NCBI GenBank assembly: GCA_030390025.1
Contig: CM059431.1
Location: 116,624,001 to 116,688,000 of the forward strand
Direction: 5' to 3'
Source: Squalus acanthias
Lineage: Eukaryota
DNA: 64,000 nucleotides
Shown: positions 1 through 13,304 of the stretch, in pieces
Layout: the number at the start of each line of letters is the position of its first letter
How positions within the stretch are numbered: the stretch's first letter is position 1
Position numbers and translations under genes: made by a program
Notes under the pieces: generated by a model
What the model saw: only the letters and a program-made list of their open reading frames with translations
What the model was told of the DNA's origin: nothing
Database searches by the model: none

Positions 1-282
1 ACCAAGCGACGGGTCAGGCAATTAAGCTTATTTAAAGCTATTTAAAAGGTTGTTAAACACAAATTTACCAGGTATGTACTATTTTTACACCTTTTTCATG
101 AGGTTCACGGCGCTCGGGATCACGTCAGGTAAGGAAAGGAGGTCAGGTGTTGTGTCAGCATGGGTTGATTTACTAACTTGACAGCTGCAAATGGTCTATA
201 AAAGTTTCCATTTCATAGGTCTTCACTTTCCAAGGTTAGAAGCTGTTGTTTACTGCATTTGGAAGACAGATTGAGCTTTATA

Positions 283-353
283 AAATAAAATAGAAAATGC
301 TGGAGACACTCAGCAGGTCAGGCAGCATCTGTGAAGAGAGAAACAGAGTTAAC
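283..353 (-). repeat. Fragment of a short shark interspersed repeat (Penelope-terminal-like), cut by the MITE at 354
   Basis: Reverse complement matches 12628-12720 (gttaactctgtttctctct-cacagatgctgcctgacctgctga). Confidence 0.55.
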
Positions 354-1090
354 GGGCTGGATTTTCAATGACCCGTGGAGTCGGGTTTGGAGGCGTGTGG
401 GGGGTTAAAGTTGCAGATTCGGGGGTCCCGACCCCATCCCGACTCCATTCCGCCTCCACGCAATTTTACCAAAATCGGTCGTGGGGTTCCCGACTCCATC
501 CCGCCTCCAAGAGGCGGGATAGGCCATTAAAGCCCTTAACAAGCCCTAAATTGGCTCTGTAATGCCATTTTGAAACGTTTTAGCTAGTTTAACCCTTTTC
601 CGACGTGAAGTACGCCTGATGTGAAACACGCCAGTGAAACCTGGCGGGAGCACAAGTGGATAGCTGACTATCAGCTGCAGGTCCACTATTACAACGGAGA
701 TGTGATGAAGGTAGTAGTAGTATTAGGTCTGAAAGTCGCCTCTGATGCTGCTGCATTAAATGTCTTCAGAGACTGCCTGGGAGTACTTGGTTGCAAAAAA
801 AATGCTCTCTCTCTCTCTCTGAGATGCTGCTCATTCTGCATCCAGGTCCTCTCACAGCAAAGGCCAGGCAATCTCTGAGACCAGGCAGTCTCTGACCTGC
901 AATGATGACATCATCAGAGGCGACTTTCAGACTGAAACCACTAATTGGTTCATGGGTTCCCACATGTTGGAACTCAATTGCCCAATTAAGTGAAAATTGC
1001 ATCAATCTCCCACATCCAATTGCAGGCGGGTGGATAACACGAAATGCAGATGACACGACCCCAACCCGCCCCAGTATCAAAATCCAGCCC
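354..1090. mobile_element. PIF/Harbinger-type MITE (family A)
   Basis: TIRs GGGCTGGATTTT...AAAATCCAGCCC, flanks AAC/AAT (3-bp TSD-like), no real ORF; inverted copy at 26772-27547. Confidence 0.8.
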
Positions 1091-2448
1091 AATGTAATTG
1101 CTTGGTGTCATCTATTGATATTATATTTTCAAAGCCTTCCTATTTGTACCTTTTACAACTTGTAAACACTTCATCTAGGGTGTTCCATGCATTTCTTATT
1201 TACTTCAATTGGTTGTATTAAGAATCATGTCTCCTGTTTCTAAGTTTAACATAAAACTATTTTACGGCAGGTATTTCTTTTACTTGATGTAATTTTTTCA
1301 AAGGCACTTGTTTTTTTTTAATGTTCTGTGCACCTGTTCGACGTGTTAAATTTCGACACTTTACTTGGGTCATTCCATTGTGTTGGTTCCAATGTTCAGA
1401 CATAGAGGAACCTTCAGCCTGCTGTTTCAATAGGGCCATGTCTTTGTATTTACAAACATTTCCCATTTCAAAGCTTGTGGTGTTTTACAGCTTTGTGTTA
1501 ACAAACCATCTTATCTCATAAGCCTGTATTTCTGTTTTACGGCCTGTGTCGCGGAGGCTTTCAGATTTTTAACCCATTTGTCATGTTTTAATATTATCAA
1601 ATCTGTTTATCGGATGATGTATTTCTTGGAATATGGCTATTTCCTTCACAATGCTTGTGCAAATAAATAAGTGATTGTTAATAAAACTTCTCAAATGATT
1701 CGAGAATTGTTAGGTCAGGAAGTCTTGTTTGAGAGAAGTATCTTTGAAGTAAACAACTACGACTGTTTAGGAAAATAGACTGTTTTCAAAGGATTCAGGA
1801 ACAGATACACCATGAGGTCTTATTTGTAACATGTACCTTTGATGTAGGCCTACTATGGTGTATATAGGAGCATGGTTTTCAACAATTAGTTGGAGGGTTC
1901 AAAAGATACAGAAATCGAAAAGCTACTCTCTGTATACAAATAGATTGACCACCTGTGCTTTAAATCAATAAAGTCTGTTCCGTATACTCCACCATTGAAT
2001 GTCTCGTGCTTATTTGAAGCATGTAGTTGTGAACCTTAAAGGAAGGAGGTTGACTAACAGTTAATCCAACATTTGCCCCCTATATTTGTGGTAGCATTTA
2101 GTCTCCAGAAGCAGTTTTTGTCTTTGTTTCTACTTTGTACTTCAGTCCTGACACTCCTCAGTTTCATCTCCTTCAATTGCTCACTGGTTTTATTAACATT
2201 GAGCTTAGCTTATCATCATCTTTTTATTCTTTTTCACTGTATTACCTTATCTCTTCTTTCTTTAATATCACTGCACATTATATTGCTAAATCTATAATGA
2301 ACTGTTATACATTTACAACTAATAGATGTCTGTAAGCTTCTATCCTGCCTGACCGCAGTTTTTGTAATGTATAGATGTCCACGTGCTTCAACCTATAAAT
2401 ACTTTCCTCCGACTGGTATCTCGTGATGATTTTTATTTTGTTCTCAGG

Positions 2449-4094
2449 TGTAGAATTCGCAAATTATCGCGATTTAAAAATAATGAGAAAGAGACATACA
2501 GTTTCGTAAAAAACAGCTTTATTTCAGCAAAATGCTGTCATGTTTCAAAACGGACACAAGCAGCCTGTAAAATGGCCGCCACGCCTCGTGGCAGAAGGTT
2601 CTAGACTTTCAGCAGGCAGACAAGATGGCGTTTCAATAAACATTTCAGCAAGATCGGACAGGACTCAGCATATTGAGATAAGACAAGACGAGATTGTTTT
2701 GCATTTTAACACCCAAGCAAGGAATATAAGTGCTGGAATCGGGTTTTCCATGCACAAATGAGAGCTATTGTACTGGGCAATCAAGGGGCCCATCCAAAGG
2801 CATTGATACGCAAATTCCCCACGGCTCTACGATGAGAGAGCCGTTCGCGGGTACTCACAGCAAGAATTCGGAGGCCCCCAAAACCCCTCCAGGGAGACTC
2901 CTAGCCGGTTCCACAAGGGGAGAAATATTAACGGGTACTCAGACAGTTACAAGTATCACCGAAACCCATTAACAACAAGTACCACCCCATACAAGAAGTT
3001 TGAGCGCCAAAACATGACAAAAGATGAACATTAAGATTGGGCGGGAGATAAAGAATTACAGTCCTATAACTGTAGTAAACAAACATCCATCTTTCTCTTG
3101 ACTCTCTTGATTCGACCCCTGGCTCTCGTTTGCGGCCCACCGAGCTCTTGGTCCGCTGATCTTCCGGGAGTCAACCTCGTGGCTTGCCGCGAAGATCTGT
3201 GAAGAGCTGGGCTGCGAAGGCCGGTAAGCGGGTACACCATCCCGAGGGTCGGTAGACGGTGTAAGGACCCGAAGGCCCGACGAGACGAAACAAGACAAGA
3301 AGAAGAAGAAGACGACTGCACGTGCCGCCGCGGTCAGTAAACCCCGACCGCGCCCGAACTATAAAGACCATTTACAGGTTACCACACAAATTCTACCGCC
3401 AACTGGTGTCGGTCCAGAAAGACTCTTCTTTGAATTTTACCGGCTAACTGGTGTCGGGCACAGGAAGACTCTTCTTTGAGTTTTATCAGAGTTCCGAGGT
3501 CAACACAGATCTTCATGACAGCAGACGGTCCAGCCTGCTAGCCGGAGCAAAGCGAGTAAACAAGTGGGGTACAGAGACCCCTGATCCACACGTGAATAGT
3601 CAGGTGTTGTGGCGAAAACATCCGAGCAGCGTTTCGGAATTCTCCGAGTTATCACGAGTGGTGAGCATGAGTCTCGATCCTACAGATCTAGATTAGGACA
3701 GCTGTTGATAGGGGAGGGTTTTTGTTTTAAGGATAATTATAATGTGTGTCCCCTTTTACAATGTGTCGTGCGCTCCTCGTTTCCCTAAACCTAGTTTCCT
3801 AAATGTATGTAAGCTTGTATTGTCATTAATCTGTGCTTATGACATGTATTTCGTAATCTTGAACAATATGCAATAAAGATTTTCCATTTCGTACTATTCA
3901 ACCGGGTCTACCTGAGTTTTTCTCTGCATTATTGCTCTCGCACCTAAGTCCAGTGTCAGAACTGTAAGGGCGAGTGGGTCGAACCACTCACAGGTGTCTA
4001 GTGCTACCAGGCTGGCTGGAGACCAGAACAGGCAACAAGGCCTAACCCCGCACTAGCACCCAGGCTAAGCACAGAGCCACGCGAACCCCTTACA
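2449..4094 (+). mobile_element. Long solo LTR (~1.65 kb)
   Basis: Termini TGTA...TACA, 4-bp TSD CAGG (2445-2448, 4095-4098), AATAAA near 3872; splits a repeat whose uninterrupted form (ttgttcttaggatgtggg) is seen at ~6101. Confidence 0.8.
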
Positions 4095-5362
4095 CAGGAT
4101 GTGGGTAGTGCTACCAAGGCCACATTTAATGTCCATCCCTAGCTGCCCTGAAAAGGTAGTGCTGGGTCTTCTTCTTGAACCATTGCAGGCCTCATGGTGC
4201 TGATTCTCCCATGATGGAGTTTGGCAGGGAATTCCAAAGGGAAATGGCAGTATAAATCTCCAAGTCACTATGCTGCACAACTTGAAGGGGAACTTAGAGC
4301 AGATTGTGTTTCCATTGAAACTCTTGTTCTTCCCATGGTAGTGGTTGAAGTGAGAGAGAGGTGCTGTCTCATTTGAAATAAGGCCTGGCCCTCAAAATAA
4401 CTCAGGCGGATGGCATGAGTGCCCTTTCTGCCACCCACCCAAAGCCCGCCCAAAGTGAAAATTGGCCCAATTTTATATCACTATTGAAAAATTTCTATAG
4501 ACTATTGTAAAAATATTACAAGGTATCAAATAAGCTTCAGCCACCCCCATTTTCTGTCTTGCAAGATACCAATATACCACTAGAAACCTGGCCAAAGGAA
4601 CCATCTATAGATGTGGTTTCTCCTTCTAATTCTGCATCTACCATTAAAACTCAGTCAGCGTTCTGTTCTTTTTATTTATCATACCTACTGCAAGGCTAGA
4701 CAATCGATACACAAATAATTTCCCTTTAAAATAGCTGTAAAAATCAGTTTAAGGTTCATCCAAGCTTTCTGGCATGATGCTACAATATTGAGACACTAAT
4801 GATGAGCAGAACTGTTTTACTGCAGAATTTTCATTTTTTGTTGTATAAGTAATAAATATCTAAGAGTGTTATGAATTTTCCATGAAGTTTTTAATAAATA
4901 TAGCATCTATCTTTTAATCAAACTGCACTCTGATGTTTTGTTTCATATTTTGGCTGTATATATATATATGCAATAAAGAAACCATTAAAATACCTGGGGC
5001 TTTCTATATAATATGTTACAAGGATTTATTTTTTCAAATTTAAGTTCAAATGTTGCAAAAAGTAATGACTCAAGTGCATTGTACTATTTATTTTCCAAGC
5101 ATAATGCAAACTGTAGAAAACTATATTCATTTATCCAATAAAAAGCAACGTGTTCTTGATATTGCCCAGTTCAGAGCTACCTTGTGTAATAAGCTGCCAA
5201 GGAATTACATTTTGGAGCTTTCTTTTAAATATGATTCAGCACTTTTCCACTTTTCTTCTTACATGTCCATGGCTCCAAGCATTCTCCATTAAATTACTAG
5301 ATAAAAGCCAAGGAACTATTTGCAACATTTTGAGAACCAAAGTTACTGCGGTACAAAATTAT

Positions 5363-5510
5363 GGAATCATACAGCACAGAAGGAGGCCATTCAGCTCATC
5401 GTGGCTATGCCGGCTCTTTGAAAGAGTTACCCAATTAGTCCCACTCCCCTACTCTTTCCTCATAACCCTGCAAACTTTTCCTTTTCAAGTATATATCCAG
5501 TTCCCTTTTA
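5363..5510 (-). repeat. CR1-type LINE 3' end fragment
   Basis: acagcacagaaggaggccattcagc motif is the reverse complement of the CR1 3' UTR at ~20400-20445. Confidence 0.6.
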
Positions 5511-5511
5511 T

Positions 5512-5820
5512 TTATTAGTTCCTGGGATGTGGGCGTCACTGGCAAGGCCAGCATTTATTGCCCATCTTAAATTGCCCTTGAGAAGGTGGTGGTAAGCCAC
5601 CTTCTTGAACCGCTGCAGTCCATGTGGTGAAGGTACTCCACAGTGCTGTTAGGGAGGGAGTTCCAGGATTTTGACCCAACGGTGATGACGGAACAGCGAT
5701 ATATTTCCAAGTCAGGATGGTGTGTGACTTGGAGGGGAACTTGGAGGTGGTGGTGTTCCCGTGCACCTGCTGCCCTTGTCCTTCTAGATGGTAGAGGTTG
5801 CGGGTTTGGGAGGTGCTGTG
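5512..5820 (-). repeat. 3' end of a CR1/L2-group LINE (other degraded copies at ~4099-4370 and ~6100-6190)
   Basis: Minus-strand peptide GSKSWNSLPNSTV resembles a LINE ORF2 C-terminus; repeated gatgtggg...ggccacatttattgcccatc motif. Confidence 0.55.
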
Positions 5821-6413
5821 TAGAGCGAATTTTACGTGCCACTTATCAGCTCAAGCCTGGGTGTTGTCCAGGTCTTGCTGCGTGCGGGATCATGCATGAA
5901 GAATGGTCAATTGGGCGTGGTACCACAGGATCTGCCATTCCTATGGAGACTTATCCAGCACAAGTCCGAGCCTTCAGGGATAAAGGAATAAAAAAGAAGA
6001 TTTAAAAAAATCAAACATAATCCATAAAAAAGGATTTTTTCTTCAGTACTCTATTTCTTATGGTCCTTAAATATTTTACTTATCATATTTTACTTTTAGT
6101 TTGTTCTTAGGATGTGGGCAACACTGGCATGGCCACATTTATTACCCATCACTAGTTGCCATGGGAAGGTGACAGTAGGCCTTCTTGGCTGGTAGCAAGA
6201 GATAATTAAGAGTCAACACCCTTTTGAAAGTTACTATAAATCTGCTTCCACCACCCTTTCAGGCAGTGCATTCCAGATCAATACAACTTGCTACACAAAA
6301 AAACCCTCCTCATCTCCCAAATGGTTCTTTTGCCAATTACTTTAATTCTGTGTCCTCTGGTACCAGACCCCCCTGCCAGTGGAAACAATTGCTTCTTATT
6401 TACTCTAGCAAAA

Positions 6414-7092
6414 TGTAAGGAAATCTCTTAACTCAATTAAATGATTCCTCATGATTCAGGCTCGAGCGTGTTGTCCAAATGCAAGTTTATTACTCCGACA
6501 TCAATAGTATAATAACTATTACGGTTATACAGTAGACTCATACAACCTGGTTTCCTGCAGGCCCGAGGTGATCAAGCTTGGCCTCCGTAGGTGTTGGACT
6601 TCCAACCGTCCCGTGAGCTCTAACTACAAGAAGGCTGCTGCCTGTTCTTTTGTTTTCCTCTTTTGTCATCTGTCACATGTTCAAAAACCTTCCAGGCATC
6701 CTTAATGTACCCTCCCCTTTAATGTGAGTCATATCACATGATGCCCAGAATGTATATTGAAGCGAGGTTCCTTCTCACCAAATCTCCAGACCTTGACATA
6801 ATAGCCATCTTGGTGGTTCAACTGCTAATCAGTTTAACCTGAATCCTGCCTTGACATCGCAAAGGAACAGGAGACAACTTGGACAATCCCAGATAGTTAA
6901 TGTGACGTTGCTTGGGTGCTTCCATTGTTCTGGCCAATCCCTGATACTCGCACCTCACATGGAATGTAGCCAACCTGTCTGCTAGTTGCTACTCCCAACG
7001 TCCCGACTAATCTCCAATATTAGCACATCCTAATCAGACAATGGCCTAGAGATATGATGAGTAACTTTGATGGCACAAAGCAAGTTTTAACA
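6414..7092 (-). mobile_element. Probable solo LTR (~680 bp) inserted in a reverse CR1 fragment
   Basis: TGTAA...TTAACA termini, TTTATT at ~6486 (AATAAA on minus), CR1 sequence on both sides (~6225-6413, ~7097-7210); no clean TSD seen. Confidence 0.45.
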
Positions 7093-7211
7093 ATAGGCCT
7101 TCATAATTTTGAACATCTCTATTAAATCTCCCCTTTAAACTTCTCTGCTCTAAGAAGAACAATTCCAATTTCTCTAGTCTCTTCACATAACTGAAGTCCC
7201 TCATCCCTAGA

Positions 7212-7325
7212 ACAACATTACAACAGTGACTACACTTCAAAAGTACTTAATTGGCTGTAAAGCGCTTTGAGATGTCCGGTGGTCGTGAAAGGTGCTATAT
7301 AAATGCAAGTCTTTCTTTCTTTCTT
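7212..7325 (+). repeat. 3' end of SacSINE1-type SINE
   Basis: Matches reverse complement of 22500-22610; ends in (TTTC)n; another fragment on the minus strand at ~8237-8350. Confidence 0.7.
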
Positions 7326-7399
7326 TACTACCCTTTTAGTAAGTCTCCTCTGCACCCTCCTTGACCTCCTTCCTAAAGTGTGGTGCCCAGAATTGGACA

Positions 7400-8212
7400 C
7401 AATTTTGCCAGCCCTGAGAGGCGGGTTTGGAGGCGGGACTGCCAGGAAAATGGCAGAATCTGGGAGCGGGTACCCATCCCGCCCCAACCCATCTCCGTGC
7501 CATCTTCCCAGGAGGCGGGCACCCGACCTGCGCCGGGTCCTGTCTCCTCGAGGCTGGAAGGGGATTACAGCCACTTAACTGCCTGTTAACAGGTAGTTAA
7601 CAGGCAGTTAAGAGGATTATCCCCATTTTTCCAGCAGAGGTGCGGGCTTCCCGACGTTAAGAAGCCCCGCCAGGGTCAGCAAGGCGAGCAGTGGGTCTGC
7701 GGGGGTCGGAGGGGTCCAAAAGTGCACTGTGAAGGTGAGTGATGGGTGCAAGTGTGGAGAGGTGAGTATGTGAGGTGAATGAAAAGTGATAGAAAAAGTT
7801 TCCTTACCTTTGTTTCCTCCTGCAGGCTTCAATCGTTGGGGATGCGAAGGCTCCGGCATCTCAATGGCAGAGATGACAGAATGGCTGCTGCTTTCTGCTC
7901 ACAAAAGAGGTTTGGAGAGCCTTGAGTCCAAGAACTCACCAAACAACAGAGAATATCAGTGTTTGACAGCTTCTCAAAGCTGTCAAATGAGGACAATTTA
8001 TCTGTCAAAATTTTTTGACAGATGAAACGTCATACGCTGACGCTCTCTGTAACTGACTTTCCCTTAATTGGCCTGCTAAGCCCACTGGGCGGGCTTAACA
8101 AGGTCAATCAGGGAAAATAGCATGGGTTGGCCACAAGTCGATGGAGGCGGGACTAAAACCCGACAAGCAGCAGTCCCGCTTCCAACGCGCCCCCATTGGC
8201 AAAATCACCCCC
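7400..8212. mobile_element. Harbinger-type MITE, left end eroded
   Basis: aattttgcca at left and ggcaaaatcaccccc at right; GC-rich ggcggg subterminal motifs. Confidence 0.5.
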
Positions 8213-8655
8213 AATACTCCAGCTGAGGCCTAACCAAGAAAGAAAGGTGTGCATTTCTATAGTGCCTTTCACAACCACCAGACTTCCCAAGGCGCTTTAC
8301 AGCCAATGAAGTACTTTTTGAATTGTAGTCACTGTTGTAATGTAGGAAACCAGTGATTTATATAGATTTAGCATGACTTCCTTACTTTTTCCTCTATTTA
8401 TAAAGCTCACGATCCAGTAGGCTTTTATAACAGCCTTCTAAACTTGTCCTGCCACTTTCAAAGATTTGTATATGTGAAACCCCAGGTCTTTCTGTTCCTG
8501 CAATAAATAAGTATTTCACTGTAATGTGCCTTAGGTGTTGGCTGTCCAAGATTGCCAAATGTAAGATCTAAATGTAAGATTAGAATGCAGTTATCTGGAC
8601 CAAAGAGTAATGAATATGCAGTGGTCCAGGCTGGATCACTGATGCCAAAGACTCC

Positions 8656-10440
8656 GGGCTGGATTTTTATCAACCTTGGCGGGTCTGTGGTGGGCGACGT
8701 TGGTGGCGGGTTCCGGCCTCGCTGCTGGTTCCAGCCCACTGTCCAAAATGATTTTCTCCCAATTGGGCTTGTTAAGCTCGCCCAGCGTGTTTGCTGGCCA
8801 ATTGAAGGAAGCGGTTCTGATGACGTAATTTGATGACGCATCATCAGCCAGTTTCCTTAAAAGGGACCATGCGCAAATTGATTTTGACAGTTGTGCTGTC
8901 AGTGTTCTACAGCATTGAGGTGCTGCAAACACTGACAAGCACTGCACAAAGGTGCACGGCTGCACCCAGGCTCTCCCATGACTCCTTCCATACGCTTATG
9001 GAGAGAGTCACAGCATGCAGGGAGGTCCTCTTCCCTTCCAATGGGTGGAAGAGACCTCCCCAGGAGACCAACGCAGCCTGGTTGCACATTGCACAGGAGG
9101 GCACAAGCAGGGATGTCGTCAGGAGGACCAGGCTGCAGTTGCACAAACCTTTCAATGATCTCAGTAGATCACATAACGTTACTGCAAAGCCACACTCAAC
9201 CTCATCCTGCTGTGCCATTCATCACATCCCCATCACTCTGCCTTCCCTACCTTACTCCTGCACATCCTTACTCACACCAACATTCCTTGCACCTCCACCC
9301 ATCCCTCTTTATCTACATTATCACATCCCCATCTTATTAGCCATCCCTCACACGCATCCTCATCCTAGTGTAATCGTACCAACTAACAACACACAAGGGT
9401 AGGCAATTGGATATTTTATGCAATGTTCATGTAAAGTTTCTGTTAATGTGGTGTCAAACATTTAAACCTTTATTTTCAACACTTTGTATTCTTGGACAGA
9501 TTTGTGTGCATCTTTGGAAGTGGCTTAGTGAGTTGCAGTGAATGGTGAGACATAACGGTACCCTCTGCAATGGCGATGAATGTGAAAGGAATGGCTTGGG
9601 CATTGTAGGGATGCTTTATAGTGTTGGTGTGGGGTGGTGCCAACCTGGCGCATCATGTGACAGCCAGGGTGTACAGCGTCAAGTGAAGTAAATGTGGCCA
9701 TGGTGAGTCCATCCGAGGTCTCCCTGGCAGCAATGTGGTCGGGTGCTGATGCCCTGTGTCCTGTGCAGCATCAGTTGATTGCGGAGAAGGTTGGTGTTGT
9801 TGCTGCTGCTGCTGGTGTGCCTGGCACTGCTGGTGTTGGGACTGATCGTGGTGGGATTCTGAGGACCAAGGTGAGATAGTTTCAAGGGCACCAATGCTGA
9901 TGTAATAGATGACAGGTGAATTTGAGATGACAGACGCAATCTGTCAATGGTGAGAGAGGTTGTTCCAATCAGGTGACACTGGATAGAGAATTTGCTCCAA
10001 ACACTTGCAACCTGCATAAAGCTCAATCTGTCTTCCAAATGCAGTAAGCAACAGCTTCTGAGCTTGGAAAGTGAACAGCTGTGAGATGGGAGCTTTTATA
10101 GCACATTTGCAGCTGTCACGTAATGAGATGATTCCATGGCCATTCAAGTCCTGCCCTGATGTGATCCCTGAGCAGCGTGGAGCCCGTGGGCGACTTGGTA
10201 AACTCTGAAGGTGAGCTGAAAAGTTCCTAATGCTCTGTTAACAAGGTCATAATGACCTTAATTGCCCCCCCCCCCCCCCACTTCTGCGTGTCAGGTCTGC
10301 TCAGCGCTGACAGACCCAACATTTGGGAAAAGCACATGGTGGCAGGTTGACAGCGGGGTCCTGACCCACTGTCAAAAAAATCCATTTCCCACCCCACTCG
10401 TCACTGATCGCGTCCGCCGAACCCCCGGAAAATCCCCCCC
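8656..10440 (+). mobile_element. Non-autonomous PIF/Harbinger element carrying a Myb/SANT exon
   Basis: TIRs GGGCTGGATTTT/GAAAATCCCCCCC, 3-bp TSD TCC on both sides; internal Myb-like ORF. Confidence 0.8.
8940..9175 (+). pseudogene. Harbinger Myb/SANT-like DNA-binding protein exon (degenerate)
   Basis: AAPRLSHDSFHTLME...REVLFP...AWLHIAQE...RRT..Q..K.FNDL; homologous to 32860-33100. Confidence 0.75.
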
Positions 10441-10714
10441 TCCGTCTCAATTTGCAGGAATGGAATCATTAGCATTGATGGCGTGTGCTGCAGGTGTCTG
10501 CAAGTATGTTTCAGCAGCGTCCGTTCTGATCCACCCTTAAAAGGCAGAGAAACCCACAATCACTTTGCCGTATGTCCCCCTGAAGCCTTCCCCAGGCCAA
10601 AGAACCTGCCAGCTAAACAATCTTCAACTCACAGCAAAGGCCACCGATTTCCTCTGGATTAATTCCCATTGTCTTCACGCTTCAAGAGCCTTCAGCAGGG
10701 CTCTAACTTGGACT

Positions 10715-10853
10715 CTAGAGGAATCAAGGGATATGGGGTTCGGGTGCGAAAGTGGAGTTAAGATCGGAGATCAGTAATGATCTTATTGAATGGCGGAGCA
10801 GGCTCAAGGGGCCGTATGGCCTACTCCTGCTCTTAATTCTTATGTTCTTATGT
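10715..10853 (+). repeat. CR1 LINE 3' end with (TTCTTATG) tail
   Basis: gatcttattgaatggcggagcaggctc...ctactcctgctc hairpin and tail. Confidence 0.75.
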
Positions 10854-11827
10854 AGTCAGATCTCAGCAGGCAGGAATTCTGCTGAGAGCTTAGAAGGTAT
10901 CGATAGAATTCCTGGGCTAGTTCAGGAACGCTCCCAGACATACTGCTTGAGGTGGGAGATATGTCCATGCCACCACCCCCACTGGAAAATGGAAGGACTT
11001 AAAATAAAAGGTAAATTCCTGGTAGGCCTGGGTTCTGCCCCATTTTACGAGTCCCAAGTTGGAGATCCGCTGGCTTTCTATCTTGGCCCTGATCAGAATT
11101 TCTGGGCCACAAGTGTAAGGTTCAGACCACTAATTCCTACACACAGTTTACTTAATGGAAATGAACCAATGCAAAAATTTAAACAACTGTATTTAATCAT
11201 GCTGCAAAGTTTCTCTTCTAAAAAATTAAGATTAAAGATTGTGCAAAATCTTTCACATAGGATGTGTAAGTGGTACATTTGGACTTCTTTTGACCTATAA
11301 TATTCAATTCGCAGTATCGAACACATGGGCCCTAAATTTCCTCAGGCCATCTGTTGCTGTGTCTTTTCTATTATCCGATCAGATTTATTTATTATAACAG
11401 CATTTCTATTTACCAACTTGACTGTATCAGTAATATTGATTCAGATCACGCTTTGATGTGCAAATATACTCCATTCAAATATTATCCTTTGTGCAACACA
11501 ACATCACCATATAGACAATTGACATCATGCTTGATCATTTCAGCTGCTCTGGGAAAAAAAAGTTAGACCTCTGCTGTGTTTTCTCTCTGTGTTTGGAGAG
11601 CTGTGAATTCCCTGGCCATATTACATCTGCAAGCAAGACTGCAGTGTGCTGAAAATATTTAGAAGGTCAAGCTATTTTTACAAACAGAAACAGGAATGAT
11701 TCGGAAATGGTGCACAATGAGAGTGCATTTTCTCATTCTGTGAATGCAACTTGCTAAATTAGGTCAGAGGCCAACTTGCCTGATTTGTGAGATCTTTTTT
11801 TAAATTTGTGTGATGCCAAACTCAACA

Positions 11828-12148
11828 ATAGGAACATAGGAACATGAGCAGGCCATTCAGCCCCTCGAGCCTGTTCCACCATTCAATGAAATCGTGGCTT
11901 ATCTGCGACCTAACTCCATATACCCGCCTTTAGCCCATATCCCTTAATACCTTTAGTTAACTAAAAGCTATCAATCTCCGATTTAAAATTAACAATTGAT
12001 CTAGCATCAATTGCCGTTTGCGGAAGAGAGTTCCAAACTTCTACCACCCTTTGTGTGTAGAAGTGTTTCCTAATTTCACTCGTGAAAGGTCTGGTTCTAA
12101 TTTTTAGACTATGCCCCCTAGTCCTAGAATCCCCAACTAGCGGAAATG
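11828..12148 (-). repeat. CR1 LINE 3' fragment
   Basis: Begins with (ataggaac)n tail; nearly the same as 41080-41400. Confidence 0.75.
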
Positions 12149-12311
12149 TTAACAGTTTTTTGAGGCCTTCTTACCCGCCTCACTATACTCCCTAATTTGA
12201 AGCAATCTCATGCACCTTAGTCTTACACTGATGGTCACAATTTTTTTCATTGGTTCACTCCATTACCACTGCTCATCCACATAAAATGGACATGTAGAGA
12301 TTTAATGACAG

Positions 12312-12499
12312 TGGCCTCGAAATTCATCTCGGGCGGTGGTGCAAAATGGGTGATGTCGGATTGGCCGCCCGTTATACACAGCGCCTGATATTCCATTCCA
12401 TTGACTGTAATAGAACTGAATATCAGGCATTACGTATAACGGGCAGCTGATCTGATACCGCCTGTTTTGCACCACTGCCCGAGACGAATTTCCAGGCCC
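12312..12499. mobile_element. Palindromic ~190-bp MITE
   Basis: Whole element is an imperfect inverted repeat (GGCCTCGAAATTCATCTCGGGC...GCCCGAGACGAATTTCCAGGCC). Confidence 0.75.
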
Positions 12500-12604
12500 T
12501 GGTATTTGGAACTTGGCTTCTTAATGGTATTTTAGACATGTTACTGTTGGTTGTAAACTTTGTTTTTTTTTGCATTATTGGGTTACTTGATCTGCATTTT
12601 GATC

Positions 12605-12722
12605 GACGAAAGGTCATCGACTTGAAACGTTAACTCTGTTTCTCTCTCCACAGATGCTGCCTGACCTGCTGACATTTTCTGTTTCTACTTCAGATTTCCA
12701 GCATCTGCAGTATTTTCCTTTT
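12605..12722 (+). repeat. Penelope-terminal-like short repeat with 5'-truncated hammerhead core
   Basis: GACGA-A-AGGTC-atc-GACTT-GAAA-CGT-T-AAC; same family as 283-353. Confidence 0.55.
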
Positions 12723-13304
12723 GTATCTGCATTTTGATTATTGTATTATTTTCTGCAATTATTCCACCCTGATTTTATGCATTGCAAGACATTTTTTTAA
12801 CCACAGCCTTTGCTTCAAAAGTCTTACTCGTTGCTGCTTATATCAGCTGCAACAAGGAAATCTGCAGTTCTGCCCATGTTCCCTTGTACACCCTTTATAC
12901 CTGTGCTTACAGATTTTTAGCTAAAATTACGGGTTCGCTTTAAGTTAGAGAAGTTAACAGTTGACGTCCTCTGCCAATCGTGGCAGTCTCTGTGCTCATG
13001 AAAAATGCACGGGGAATTTATTCCAATTAGAGTCATAAACTGCTCTCGCAGATTCTGCCAAGTTAATTTGGCCACTTCTGTTGCACGAAGTACTGCGAGA
13101 GCACAATGATCCAGGTGGCATTTTAACTGGGAACCCTGACATTTATTTATTTCAAATGTTATAATGCATTAATTATAATAGAATGTTTGACCCATGTACC
13201 ACTTCAACATAGTCATTTACAGACATTAGAGAACTTAAACTATGAACAGATAAGTAGCAATTACCAAATCTCAAGGTTTAAAAAGTAATCCTTTAGTAGA
13301 TGTA

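Noticed and set aside
1100..2330. AT-rich stretch with short ORFs
   Set aside because: No motifs, termini or repeats I can support
2449..3990. Alternative solo-LTR end at 3990 (also CA followed by CAGG)
   Set aside because: 4094 gives a better terminal inverted repeat (TGTA/TACA) and restores the interrupted host repeat
10752..11300. 182-aa ORF with hydrophobic N-terminus
   Set aside because: Begins in a CR1 3' UTR; the hydrophobic stretch is translated repeat tail
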